Shown: positions 46,971-59,010 of the stretch, in pieces
Position numbering within the stretch: the stretch's first letter is position 1
How the letters are laid out: every line of letters begins with the position of its first letter
Assembly (NCBI GenBank): GCA_965644265.1
Contig: OZ286475.1
Coordinates: 14,756,001 to 14,820,000, forward strand
Origin: Glycera tridactyla
Taxonomy: Eukaryota
Length of the DNA: 64,000 bases
Direction of reading: 5' to 3'
Position numbers and translations under genes: made by a program
The notes under the pieces: model-generated
What the model saw: only the letters and a program-made list of their open reading frames with translations
The model's database searches: none
What the model was told of the DNA's origin: nothing

Positions 46971-49407
46971 CTAGGATGGCTGGTAACCATCAAATGTTTG
47001 TGTGATCCAATCGTATAGGGAGGAGACCCTGGTGTAAACACCGGGATACCCCGGATCGGCGCAGCCGTAACCCCAGCTGGTGATACCTGTCAGATAGAAA
47101 GTGTTGCCATGCGCACACACCAGAGGTCCCCCGCTGTCTCCTTGACACGTATCGACCTGTCCGTGCATATAGCCCGCGCACAACATGCCATCCGTGATGA
47201 GGGAACCGTACGCTGCAACGCATGTAGAATTGGTAATCAGGGGCACCACAGCTTCTTGAAGGATCCACATATCGCCCGTACCCTCTGTTGCACCCCATCC
47301 GGTAATCACACACGTTTGACCAGCATGATCTGATTGGGTCAAACATACTGGACTGATTAAATCAGTGAACGTGATTTCCTCCGCAAGATAGATTAAAGCT
47401 ATATCTGACTGCAGTGTATGATCATTATAATCTTCATGAACTATTATGTCTGATACAGAAACATGAACCTCGGAACCCTCTGTGACATGCTGGTTGTGAT
47501 CCCCTAGAATCACGGTTACCGCGGAGCTGTGTGTGTTGTAGACACAGTGTGCGGCGGTCACCACCCACCTGCTTGCAACCAGGCTCCCACCACAAAAGTG
47601 ATGATTTTCAAAGAGACTGACCTGCCATGGCCAGCTGTGCGGTATTGCATCAGCACCTCCCACCACGCGGCCAATATTTGGTGCAATCGCGGGTACCCCG
47701 CAATCCACAGGAGTTTGGTCTGGTACCCGCGGTATGTTGATGGACGTGAAGCTAATACTGAATCCGGTGCGAGTGGAAAGGCTATCTGTATAGAAAATCA
47801 AGAAAACATTGTCTGAATGTATAACTGCACTGGCTGGAAATTCATCTCCACAAAATGTCCCAATCAACTCCGGAGGATAGATATAAATTATCAACCCATC
47901 ATGCGGACATGGCGGAGGTCCTTGAACATCAAATTCAAGGAAATTCAACTGAATTGCATAGTCTGGTGTCCCCTCAATTTCCCATGTACAGTACATGTCA
48001 TTTGTATAGTGATCTTCTGTTAATTCAATGTTGCCACTTGGACCAGTGAGTAATTGGGGCTGATTTGCCCCACATGCCAAGGGAGTCTGGTCCATCAGGA
48101 AGGATGTGTAACTGACACTGAACCCAGTATAAGTGGAAAAGCTATCTGTGTAGAAAATCAACTGAACATTGTCTGCATCTATATCTGGAATGATTGGAAG
48201 TTCTTGTCCGCAAAATATCCCAATTACCACCGCATGATGAGCATATATTATCAGCCCATCATGCGGACATGATGGAGAAGGTCCTTGAACATCAAATTCA
48301 TGGAAGTTCAAGTGAATAGCGTAGTGTGGTGTCCCCTCAATTACCCATGTACAGAACATGGAATTTGCATAGTTGTCTTCCGTTAATTCAACGGTGCCAC
48401 TAGGACCAGAGAGTGATTGGGGCTGATTCGGGCCACACGCAGAATTGCCTGTGATGTATTCGTAAGAGAGGCTGAAACCCCTGCCTGTGACAGACCCATC
48501 TGAATAGAAGGTGATTTGGACGACATGGTATGGTATATGCACGGTCTCCCATACGTAATCGTCGCTGCAGAGCACATTATACACCGAAGGCGCTTCAAAC
48601 ACCAGACCATCGTGTTCACACGTTGGGTGTTCCTGAATGTCTATTTCAAATATTGTTATCTCTATATCACTGCTCTCTGGTGCCTGAACCTGCCAAGTCT
48701 GCTGAACGTTGTTGTCGTAATTACCTTGGAATATTGTAGGATATTGAATTATACCATATTGTTCTGTCAGTACCACTTCTTCGCCATCATGTGGCACTTT
48801 TGTGATCAGATAGGCACCCGCGAACCCTGCTGTCGATGCTTCATGCCCTGTGCGAAGTTGAATGGTCAGTCTCTGCTCGCTGCTTTGAACAACGAATGGA
48901 ATCGCGATACCAGTGGAACACTTCGTAATCCAAGATCATAACCGCCGGAACATACCCTTGGGGGGCCCTTATTTTGTACTTGCACAAACTATGGCTGGAA
49001 TCATGCTCTGGGTGGAGCCAACTCTCTGACAAAATGAACCCCGGACTGTCCACAGTAATCCAACCTGTGTTACACTCGGATATAGAAGGGAGAAAGTCCA
49101 GGGTTCTTTGATTCTCTCTGGTAACTGTCATGTTGGTATCGCTCAACTTTGATATGATTCTGGGGAAGGTGTCAGAACCACTTATATGGTCTTCGCGAAC
49201 TCTGGTGGAGCTGAGGCCCTTTGGCATGACCTGCAGAAGGGCAGCGTGGATGGCTGGGTCTGCCCTTTGCTCTGCTCGTGAGAGGTACTCTTTTGCTGGT
49301 GTGGATTGTGATGAAGTCGCTGGTGCTTGGTGTAGAGGTGATGGACTGATTGGCGGCAGTCCGACCGCCATAATGCAGAGGAGGAGAACACGAGACTCAC
49401 GAGACAT
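46971..49407 (-). pseudogene. CUB x4 + trypsin protease, copy 2: full 5' end but frameshifted
   Basis: ATG at 49407 gives MSRESRVLLLCIMAVG (signal-peptide-like). A 65-bp deletion between CACTT repeats (copy-1 positions 42755-59 and 42820-24) shifts the frame inside CUB1. The downstream 608 codons remain open. Confidence 0.9.
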
Positions 49408-49435
49408 GATCGCCGACCGACCACCTGCAAACAGA

Positions 49436-49949
49436 TGATTGATTGATTGATTGATTGGGTATTTTTTTAACGTCCTCTCCACACCACATGTCATTTCGGA
49501 GTGAAGAATCCTATGGTACTATGGAATTACTCTTTCATACAAATTATTGTAATCAGGAAGTAATGTGTGGAAACAATTATTGGATTGGGAAACAATTTAA
49601 AATGTACATATGAAAAATATTGTAAATTTTCCTTTAAAAAAAATAAACTATCAGCTGAAGGAAGGAGCACCATTGCCGGGGAACCTCCCCCCACTCTCAC
49701 CGGATAATAGTTGTGAAGCTGAGTGGGGTACCTTTACAATCTCACCATGTAGGATATAAACACCAGTCTATTGAATGAAAGTTAGACTCCAGGGGCAAAA
49801 AATGGAAATGCTGAGGTTTTAGGTCCACTTTCTGCACTTGAGTAGGCTAAATAAGACCACCTGCCAAGGAGGAGCGAAGATGAAGGGATTGAACCCCAGA
49901 CCCATTGCACGCCGGCCCAGCACGCTACCACTGAGCCACCAAGGCAGGC
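49436..49949 (-). mobile_element. tRNA-derived SINE
   Basis: Head GCCTGCCTTGGTGGCTCAGTGGTAGC...GGTTCAATCC on the minus strand and an (AATC)n tail at ~49436-49457. The same head occurs at 58943 (+). Confidence 0.65.
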
Positions 49950-52425
49950 TCTCCAGGGGCGGTCTTATGAATCAGCCTGGTATCACATGACTCATGTATA
50001 CCCTATCACTGCAGCTCACTGTGCTGTCAATCATTCTACTCCTGCTTTCCAATAGCGTACTTGAAGAAAGGCACATTGTTCTCAATTTGAAACATCGACA
50101 AGAAATTAGTCAATGACACCGAAGCTCGTCTGACGCTGAATCTATACGTACATACTAACACTGATCGCAGATTTTGAAAAGTGACCCAATTGGCCTTATC
50201 ACCAAGTTGTGAACAAGAATTGCACACAAAACATAACCAACTTGTGTGCACAATGCTTAGTTATAAGCAATCCAAGGCATGAATACACAACAAGTTTGCA
50301 TACACACAGCCCATTGAGGATAGACACACCAGAGCTCCATGTTGGTCGAATATCTGAGTGCCATCTGATCCCAAGTTGATATCATCGGTAGTAATTGCCA
50401 AATATTGTGGGCTGTCAATACATATTCAATTACAAACTCTGAAATTATTAGTGTCCATCTTTTTAAATCAGGCCTGTATGCCGAAAAAAGGATACCACTT
50501 GAGGTATTGACAGATCATTTGCTTGATTGTTCCTATCAACCCCAATCATTCAGGCAGTCGACCATCCACCCACCCACTCAAACGACCACCCACCCACGCA
50601 AACAACCACCCACTTCCCAGCAACCCACACACCCACGCACCCAACCAAGGGTTTGGCGAATATTTGATGGATTATCGAGGGTTATGCTCGGATATAACAC
50701 AAATTGCTGCCGAGGAATGGATTCATGCAATCGCTTCATAGTTCAACATTTTCAGTCTGCTTTTCCATTTTCGTCTGCACATGGGCGCCTCATTTATCCA
50801 GTACACAGCTGATACTAGAGCTGTCTTACTCTCCACACCTGACCAGGAAACATTCACCTATGAAGGAACACATGGTGTGATCTAATGCTTGAATGACTTC
50901 CAGGATTAAAATGCTGAAACTTATACACATATAATGCAATGAAACATCAGTTTGTAATGAACAAGAAAGAGTAGAGTTTATTCATATCATTAGCAGTATC
51001 AAACCTGATGGAGAGCCAACATTGATCATGAGCTGGCAAGAAATCTCTTGACGTAGGAGTCATTCTCATGAGAAGTAGACTCATAAAGAGCCATCCAATT
51101 GATCGATACGAAGCAGATGGGCTTTTACAACAACACTTCCAAATTTCATAGGAATCGAAGCAGTTTATCACCATCAATTGACTGGCTGAAAAAAATTGTT
51201 GAAATATGTTCTATTTTTTGTCATCTAAACTGCAGTCCCAAACGAGAGTGGTACAAAGAAGGTTGCCCTGTAAGGCAGGCATCCTTAAAAAGTGTAGCCA
51301 TTTGGTACCCANNNNNNNNNNNNNNNNNNNNNNNNNNNNNNNNNNNNNNNNNNNNNNNNNNNNNNNNNNNNNNNNNNNNNNNNNNNNNNNNNNNNNNNNN
51401 NNNNNNNNNNNNNNNNNNNNNNNNNNNNNNNNNNNNNNNNNNNNNNNNNNNNNNNNNNNNNNNNNNNNNNNNNNNNNTCATTGTGAAGGAATTCAATAGG
51501 TGTTTGCCACTAGAGAACCTTACATAATGACGAAAGCAAAGCCAAGAGAAGTGTCGTTCATCACGGAGTGGTCTCACACAATAGAGACTTGTCAACTTCT
51601 GCTCTCTCAAGAATGTGCAGTATCAAGCAAGTTAGGCTAGTACATAAATGTGAGAAAAGTAGCCCAATTGACAAGTTGATAACATTATGCCCAATGCTCA
51701 TTTTTAAGGATGCCTGCCTTGCACTAATACTACACTATTATATGTCGAGAAATCCATTCTTATGATCGTTTTCATGTGAGTTCGATATTTCTTGGGTTAT
51801 TCATCAAGCCACCAGCGTTTGTTCACCAAAATACCTGATTATCGCCCATTCCCGATTTTTCGTGGGACCCGAGGTAGCCTATTCCAGTCCCCACACCCGC
51901 GCGCAGTGCCGGCCCATGCTTGATGCACGGGAGACGGGATCCTGGCTAGACCCGAGGCTGTCTGCAGTAGACAGTGGTAGATATGTGCTACCGGGTTACC
52001 AGGCATCCTTTTTTCGGCATACTTGCCCGGTTCACTAATGAAACAATCAGAATCAAAATCCATCAAGAATTGAAGGAGATACAATTTTAGTGACTCATAC
52101 ATAATGACCCAATTAGCCTAAATACCAAGTCATTACCAAGAAATTCACACAGAACGGGAATGGGATCTGTGTGCAATGGTTGGTTCATACCAATGAAACA
52201 ATCAAACAAAATCCATTGAGAAATGAGAGAGGAGATACCATTTTCTTGACTTTTAGCTTAAAACCCATTTAGGTGTGATACAACTAGAATTTTAGTCAGG
52301 CACCTCCTCACTCAATATGTCTCCCCCAGACTTGGTAATTATTCACTACCCGCATACATGCCTGGTTCCACCTGCTTGCTTATTCATCTTCAAGTGAGCA
52401 TGCTCACTGAAAAGCTAGACATTAT

Positions 52426-53379
52426 CAGGTCGCGGAAAACCCTCTAATTGGACGACGTTGGCCAATTGAGCAGCGTTGGCCAATTGACAAACGCCTGCCA
52501 ATTAACGGACGCTTGAGAAAGCACCGATTTTCGCCATTAGAAGCCAAATGTCATTAAAAATCCCACACAACCGGATAGAACATGCAATAATCTTCTAACG
52601 TGAGAAGTTTAGTGGCTATCTGTCACGTTTGTGAGCGCTGGCGGCCATTTTTTCGACTGACAACGATCCCGAATGTCAACCTTCCTCCATTAATTCCTCT
52701 GCGCGCCAAATTGAGAAAGCCGCCGCAATGAGATTTCTCGTATGCATAAAGGAAACTAAATTCCCCATCGATTGTATGTATTACATTTTGAATCCTATGT
52801 ATTACTTTTTTTATATCGTGGCCGAAAGTCAGCGATATCGGATGTAAACAATCACCGCCATCTTATTTTTTCACCTGCCAACCTCCCAAATTTTATGCGA
52901 GATATTTCAGCAACCGCCAAAGATATAGCAAATGCGAACACGGCATCGTAAAGATCATGAATGGGAGATGTCCCGATTGAAGTTTCATAATTTTTCAAGG
53001 TGTTTATGCCTTCCAAATACGAGTGCAAAGTTACGATTTCATGGCAAACTTTCACCATGGCAAATCACAAGCTCCCGCCTTCTCAAGTGAGCGACCTCTA
53101 GCGGCGATCGTCCCAGCATGGATTCTCGCTGAGAACGCCGCCATTTGCAGCATTTTGCACCCCAAAGTGTATGAAAACGATCGCTCTTCAACAAGGAATG
53201 ATGTTTGTTGGTATCAGTTGAAGTATTCGTCACTATTATCGCCGATATCTGCAAATATTCGAGATTTATCGAAATCTATTTTTAGCGCGATCACGTGATC
53301 AGGGTATTTCCCGTCCGTCAAATGGCCAACGCCGCTCATTTGGCCAACGTCGTCCAATTAGAGGGTTTTCCGCGACCTG
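52426..53379. mobile_element. 954-bp non-autonomous TIR element
   Basis: Perfect 40-bp TIR CAGGTCGCGGAAAACCCTCTAATTGGACGACGTTGGCCAA (about 63 bp with 3 mismatches), with ATTAT directly flanking both ends. No substantial internal ORF. Confidence 0.9.
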
Positions 53380-53439
53380 ATTATTGGTTGACAACTATCC
53401 TCTGAGTGAATGATGCAGTATACCTAGTCATATGTACAA

Positions 53440-54668
53440 CTAGGCCTGTAAGCCAGGAATGATAAGCGGCAAGTGGATGAACTTGATGGTTGGATGGTTA
53501 GTGGGTGGGTAGGTGGGTTGGTGGGTAGGCGGGTGGTGGGTGGGTAGGCGGGTGGTGGGTGGGTAGGCGGATGGTGGGTGGGTAGGTGAGTGGGTAGGTG
53601 GGTGGGTGAGTAGATAGGTGGGTAGGTGGGTGATGGGTGGGTAGGTAGTTGCGTGGGTAGGTGGGTGGGTAGGTGGCTGGATGGGTAGCTGGGCGGGTAG
53701 GAGGGTGGGTAGGTAAGTGCATGGGTGGGCAGGTGGGTGCATAGGTGGTTGGGCAGGAGGGCAGGTAGGTGGGTGGGTTGGTCTGTGGTGGGTAGGTAGG
53801 TAGGTGGGTGGGTGGCTGGGTAGATGGGTGGGTGAGGAGGTGGGAAGGTAGGTGGGTGGGTAGGTAGGTGGGTGGGTAGGTGGGTGGCAGGAGGGCGGGT
53901 AGGTTGGTGGGTGGATGAGCGATGGGTGGGTAGGTGGGTGTGTATGTGGGTGGGTGGGTGGGTAGATGGATGATGGGTAGGTGGGTGGGCAGCTGGTTGG
54001 GTGGTTGGGTGGGTAGGTGAGTAGGTGGGTAGATAGGTGGGTAGGAGGGTGAGTAGGTGGGTGAGTGAGTAGGAGGAGGGTAGGAGGGTGGGTGAGTAGG
54101 TATGAGTTGGGTGGGTGGGTAGGTAGATGGGTGGGAGGGTGGATAGGTGGATGAGTAGGTGGGTGGTGGGTAGGTGGGTGGGTAGGTAGGGGGTAGGTTG
54201 GTGGGTGGGTTGGTGGATGGGTAGGTGGGTGGGTAGGTGGGTGGGTAGGTGGGTGGGTGGGTGGGTGGGTGGGTAGGTTGGTGGGTAGGTAAGTGGGTGG
54301 GTAGTTGGGTGGGTAGGTGGGTAGAATGGTGGGTAGGTGGGTGGGTAGGTGGGTGGGTAGGAGGGTGGGTAAGGGGGTGTGTGGGTGGGTGGTGGGTGGG
54401 TTGGTAGGTGAGTGGGTTGGTAGTTGGGTGGGTGGGTTCAAGTGGTTGAGTGAATAGGTGGGTACATAGGTGGGTGAGTGGGTAGGTAGGTGGGTGGGTA
54501 GGTAGGTGGGTGTGTAGTTGGATGGGAGGGTAGGTGGGTGGATGGGTGGATAGGTGGGTGGGTGGGTAGTTGGGTTGGTTGGTGGGTAGGGAGGTGGGTG
54601 GGTGAGTAGGTGGGTGGGTAATTTGGTGAGTAAATAGGTGGATGGGTAGCTGGGTGGGTAGGGGGCTG
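53440..54668 (-). mobile_element. Second copy of the (CCCA/CCTA)n-carrying Helitron-like repeat
   Basis: Inverted homolog of 34480-35200. The G-rich tract runs into an N gap. Confidence 0.5.
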
Positions 54669-55027
54669 NNNNNNNNNNNNNNNNNNNNNNNNNNNNNNNN
54701 NNNNNNNNNNNNNNNNNNNNNNNNNNNNNNNNNNNNNNNNNNNNNNNNNNNNNNNNNNNNNNNNNNNNNNNNNNNNNNNNNNNNNNNNNNNNNNNNNNNN
54801 NNNNNNNNNNNNNNNNNNNNNNNNNNNNNNNNNNNNNNNNNNNNNNNNNNNNNNNNNNNNNNNNNNNNNNNNNNCCATGACCACCACCACCANNNNNNNN
54901 NNNNNNNNNNNNNNNNNNNNNNNNNNNNNNNNNNNNNNNNNNNNNNNNNNNNNNNNNNNNNNNNNNNNNNNNNNNNNNNNNNNNNNNNNNNNNNNNNNNN
55001 NNNNNNNNNNNNNNNNNNNNNNNNNNN

Positions 55028-56400
55028 TGCGTGCACGTTGTCCTCGTCCTCTTCATCGTCGTCGTCGTCCTCGTCGTCGTCCTCCTCCTCGTCGTCTTTG
55101 TCATCGTCCTCTTCCTGCTCGTCGTCGTCTTTGTCAACGCCGTCGTCCTCGTCGTTGTCGTCGTCGTCTCTCTCTCTCAAATGAAGGCAATGCGTGCACG
55201 CGTGCTAACCCAACTAGGGTGTAAGCTGGCAGACCATATTGACTGAAATGAGCACGGTGACCTCGCTAACCTGCACTGACCAACACAAAAGCATGCATGC
55301 CTGGCTATTCACGGCACTATCGAGGTGGTAAATGAGGTCACTGAGGTCCAATGCTAGCCTCGAATCCTACNNNNNNNNNNNNNNNNNNNNNNNNNNNNNN
55401 NNNNNNNNNNNNNNNNNNNNNNNNNNNNNNNNNNNNNNNNNNNNNNNNNNNNNNNNNNNNNNNNNNNNNNNNNNNNNNNNNNNNNNNNNNNNNNNNNNNN
55501 NNNNNNNNNNNNNNNNNNNTGCGTGCACGTTGTCCTCGTCCTCTTCTTCTTCGTCGTCGTCCTCGTCGTCGTCCTTCTCCTCGTCGTCTTTGTCATCGTC
55601 CTCCTCCTGCTCGTCGTCGTCTTTGTCAACGCCGTCGTCCTCGTCGTTGTCGTCGTCGTCTCTCTCTCTCTCAAATAAAGGCAATGCGTGCACGCGTGCT
55701 AACCCAACTAGGGTGTAAGCTGGCAGACCATATTGACTGAAATGAGCACGGTGACCTCGCTAACCTGCACTGACCAACACAAAAGCATGCATGCCTGGCT
55801 ATTCACGGCACTATCGAGGTGGTAAATGAGGTCACTGAGGTCCAATGCTAGCCTCGAATCCTACNNNNNNNNNNNNNNNNNNNNNNNNNNNNNNNNNNNN
55901 NNNNNNNNNNNNNNNNNNNNNNNNNNNNNNNNNNNNNNNNNNNNNNNNNNNNNNNNNNNNNNNNNNNNNNNNNNNNNNNNNNNNNNNNNNNNNNNNNNNN
56001 NNNNTGCGTGCACGTCGTCGTCGTCGTCCTCTTCGTCATCGTCGCAGTCGTCGTCGTCCTCTTCGTCGTCGTCGTCCTCGTCGTCCTTGTCGTCCTCGTC
56101 GTCCTCCTCCTCCTCCTGGGCGTCTTTTTCTTCGTCGTCGTCCTCCTCCTCCTCGTCGTCTTCATCATCCTCGTCCTCGTCGTTGTTGTCCTCGTCGTCG
56201 TCATCTCTCTCTCTTAAATGAAGGCAATGCGTGCACGTGTGCGAACCCAACTGGGATGTTTGCCAGCAGAACTTTACTGCCTGAAATCGACACTGTGACC
56301 TCGCTGACTTGCACTGACCAACACAAAAGCATGAATGCCTGGCTATTCACGGCACCGTGTAGGTCGTAATCGAAAGCAAAGAATTCCAAGGTTAGCCTCT
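55028..56400. repeat. ~490-bp tandem repeat (3 units) with (TCG/TCC)n tracts and an N gap at the same position in each unit
   Basis: Shared unique segment ...GCAATGCGTGCACG...GCTAGCCTCGAATCCTAC. The third unit is more diverged. Confidence 0.85.
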
Positions 56401-57889
56401 TAATCTCATGATATAATCCCAAATTTCTTCTTCATTTCTATTCCAAATGAAAAAGCGATGCCAGCAACTGTTTTTATGAGCAGTGAACAATCAACATGAA
56501 TGTCATCTCATGATTTGGTAGCCTGCCTCGACAGTATGAATGAAAAGTGTCAGGAGGTCGAGAGATTCCAGCACTCTCCATCCCTCATATCAAATTATGA
56601 GAGCCCACGAAAGTCAACAATTTCTAATCCTTTATTTCTGTCTTACAGCTTACTGAGAAAATAACAATGATCTTTTTTCACTGAAATCATGCTAGATATT
56701 TTTTATATATAGACACATTACCAAAATGGTGTTCAAAATGCTGGCATTTCCCTCAACTCGGTAGACTCATTCAATTCAAGAAATAAAACACGGCCGTTTC
56801 GCTATCTGAGTCGACACATGCTCTGAATGTGTGCTACTAGTTGTTCTAGTGTGCTACTAAGCACACTGACCCCCCCCCCCCCCCCCCCTTGTCGTCAACA
56901 TGTACCAATTGGCCACTGTGACATTGGTATCTTGGACAGAGCAGCATGCATGAGAATCTCAATTTCATGGTCATATCACCAAAGTCAAAGGTCACAGAAG
57001 CGAAATTTCATGCCCATGCACACCTAACCCTCATGGGTAGTCTATAGGTACAAATTGGCTACTGTAGCCTCAATACCTGAGCCACAACCAATTTCAAGTT
57101 TGAAGTCATATTTCCAAAGTCAAAGGTCGCAGGGGCAAAAATTAATGACTAAAATAACTATGCCTGATCAGAAATCCACAGGTACAGATTAGTCACTTCG
57201 GCATTAATACCTTGGCCACAGCAGCATGCACAAACATTTCAAGTTGAAGATCATATGTCCAAGATCACAGGTCGCAGAAGTGAAAGTCCATGCCTATGCA
57301 CACCTACACTATATGGGTATTCCACCAATCAAATTTGGCTAATGTAGCATCAATAATTTAGCCACAGCTGTATGCACTGGAATTCGTACAGGGACACANN
57401 NNNNNNNNNNNNNNNNNNNNNNNNNNNNNNNNNNNNNNNNNNNNNNNNNNNNNNNNNNNNNNNNNNNNNNNNNNNNNNNNNNNNNNNNNNNNNNNNNNNN
57501 NNNNNNNNNNNNNNNNNNNNNNNNNNNNNNNNNNNNNNNNNNNNNNNNNNNNNNGGGTTGTATTCTTGGGTTTGATCTTGGAGTTGATGAAATAGACTAC
57601 ATGTCAATACTAATGACTCCAGGATAGATGTCGATGGCGTGAAGGTGTTACATAACACAGGTAGAGAAACAAAGAGAGGCGTTGTCAGTTTCCGAGAAAT
57701 CCCAAATTTAATCACTCCAGAATAGATCTTGATAATGGAGAGGTCTTCCCAGTTCAGGTAGAGAAACAAAAGAGGCATCGCCAGTTTCTGAAGAATCGTA
57801 TGTGACAAACGCGAAATATCAAGTTCAAGGGCATATCTCAAAGGTCACAGGGTGTAGGGGTAACTAAAATTGTAATCCAGGGATGGCTT

Positions 57890-58662
57890 CATCAATAGAG
57901 ACTTGGAGAGGTCTCCATCAATAGAGACTTGGAGAGGTCTCCATCAATAGAGACTTGGAGAGGTCTCCATCAATAGAGACTTGGAGAGGTCTCCATCAAT
58001 AGAGACTTGGAGAGGTCTCCATCAATAGAGACTTGGAGAGGTCTCCATCAATAGAGACTTGGAGAGGTCTCCATCAATAGAGACTTGGAGAGGTCTCCAT
58101 CAATAGAGACTTGGAGAGGTCTCCATCAATAGAGACTTGGAGAGGTCTCCATCAATAGAGACTTGGAGAGGTCTCCATCAATAGAGACTTGGAGAGGTCT
58201 CCATCAATAGAGACTTGGAGAGGTCTCCATCAATAGAGACTTGGAGAGGTCTCCATCAATAGAGACTTGGAGAGGTCTCCATCAATAGAGACTTGGAGAG
58301 GTCTCCATCAATAGAGACTTGGAGAGGTCTCCATCAATAGAGACTTGGAGAGGTCTCCATCAATAGAGACTTGGAGAGGTCTCCATCAATAGAGACTTGG
58401 AGAGGTCTCCATCAATAGAGACTTGGAGAGGTCTCCATCAATAGAGACTTGGAGAGGTCTCCATCAATAGAGACTTGGAGAGGTCTCCATCCATTGAGAC
58501 TTGGAGAGGTCTCCATCAATAGAGACTTGGAGAGGTCTCCATCAATAGAGACTTGGAGAGGTCTCCATCAATAGAGACTTGGAGAGGTCTCCATCAATAG
58601 AGACTTGGAGAGGTCTCCATCAATAGAGACTTGGAGAGGTCTCCATCAATAGAGACTTGGAG
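57890..58662. repeat. 26-bp minisatellite (CCATCAATAGAGACTTGGAGAGGTCT), about 30 copies
   Basis: Head-to-tail units with no spacers and one variant unit near 58490. Confidence 0.97.
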
Positions 58663-58942
58663 TGAATCGGGTTTGTCAATTTCAGCTTCCTCAAAAATGT
58701 GCAATATTAAGCAAGTTGAGCTTGCACACATAAGTGACCAAAATAGCCTAATTGCCAAGTTGTTAACAAGAAAATCACACAAAAAATGACCGGGTCTCAT
58801 GCCCTATGTTCTTTTCTCATTAATGAAGCAGTCAGAACCAAATTCCATTGAGAATTGAAGGAGATACATTTTTAGTGACTCATGCCTAATGACCCAATTA
58901 GCCTAATTATCAAGTCATCAATAAGAAATTCACCCAGAATGT

Positions 58943-59010
58943 GCCTGCCTTGGTGGCTCAGTGGTAGCATGCTGGGCCGGAGTGCAATGGGTCTGGGATT
59001 CAATCCCTGG
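58943..59010 (+). mobile_element. tRNA-derived SINE head
   Basis: GCCTGCCTTGGTGGCTCAGTGGTAGC...GGGATTCAATCCC, matching the head at 49884-49949. Confidence 0.65.

Larger units (their letters stand above)
37113..49383. repeat. Near-identical tandem segmental duplication (copy 1 37113-43284, copy 2 43283-49383)
   Basis: Offset is 6170 at the start, 6164 at the protease stop codon and 6099 after a 65-bp deletion. The junction GCAGAGGAG|ACGACG has a 2-nt AG microhomology. Includes (TG)n tracts at ~38270-38590 and ~44445-44750. Confidence 0.95.

Noticed and set aside
53440-55180. 560-aa Pro/Thr/His-rich ORFs (also 34432-35142, 38223-38627, 24948-25205)
   Set aside because: Translations of stop-free (CCCA/CCTA)n, (CA)n and (CTAC)n simple repeats, partly running through N gaps.
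51312-57554. N blocks (135-206 nt) as hidden features
   Set aside because: No sequence information. Their position next to simple or tandem repeats fits assembly gaps or masking.
57890-58662. CRISPR-like array
   Set aside because: Units are head-to-tail with no unique spacers, there are no cas genes, and the context is eukaryotic.
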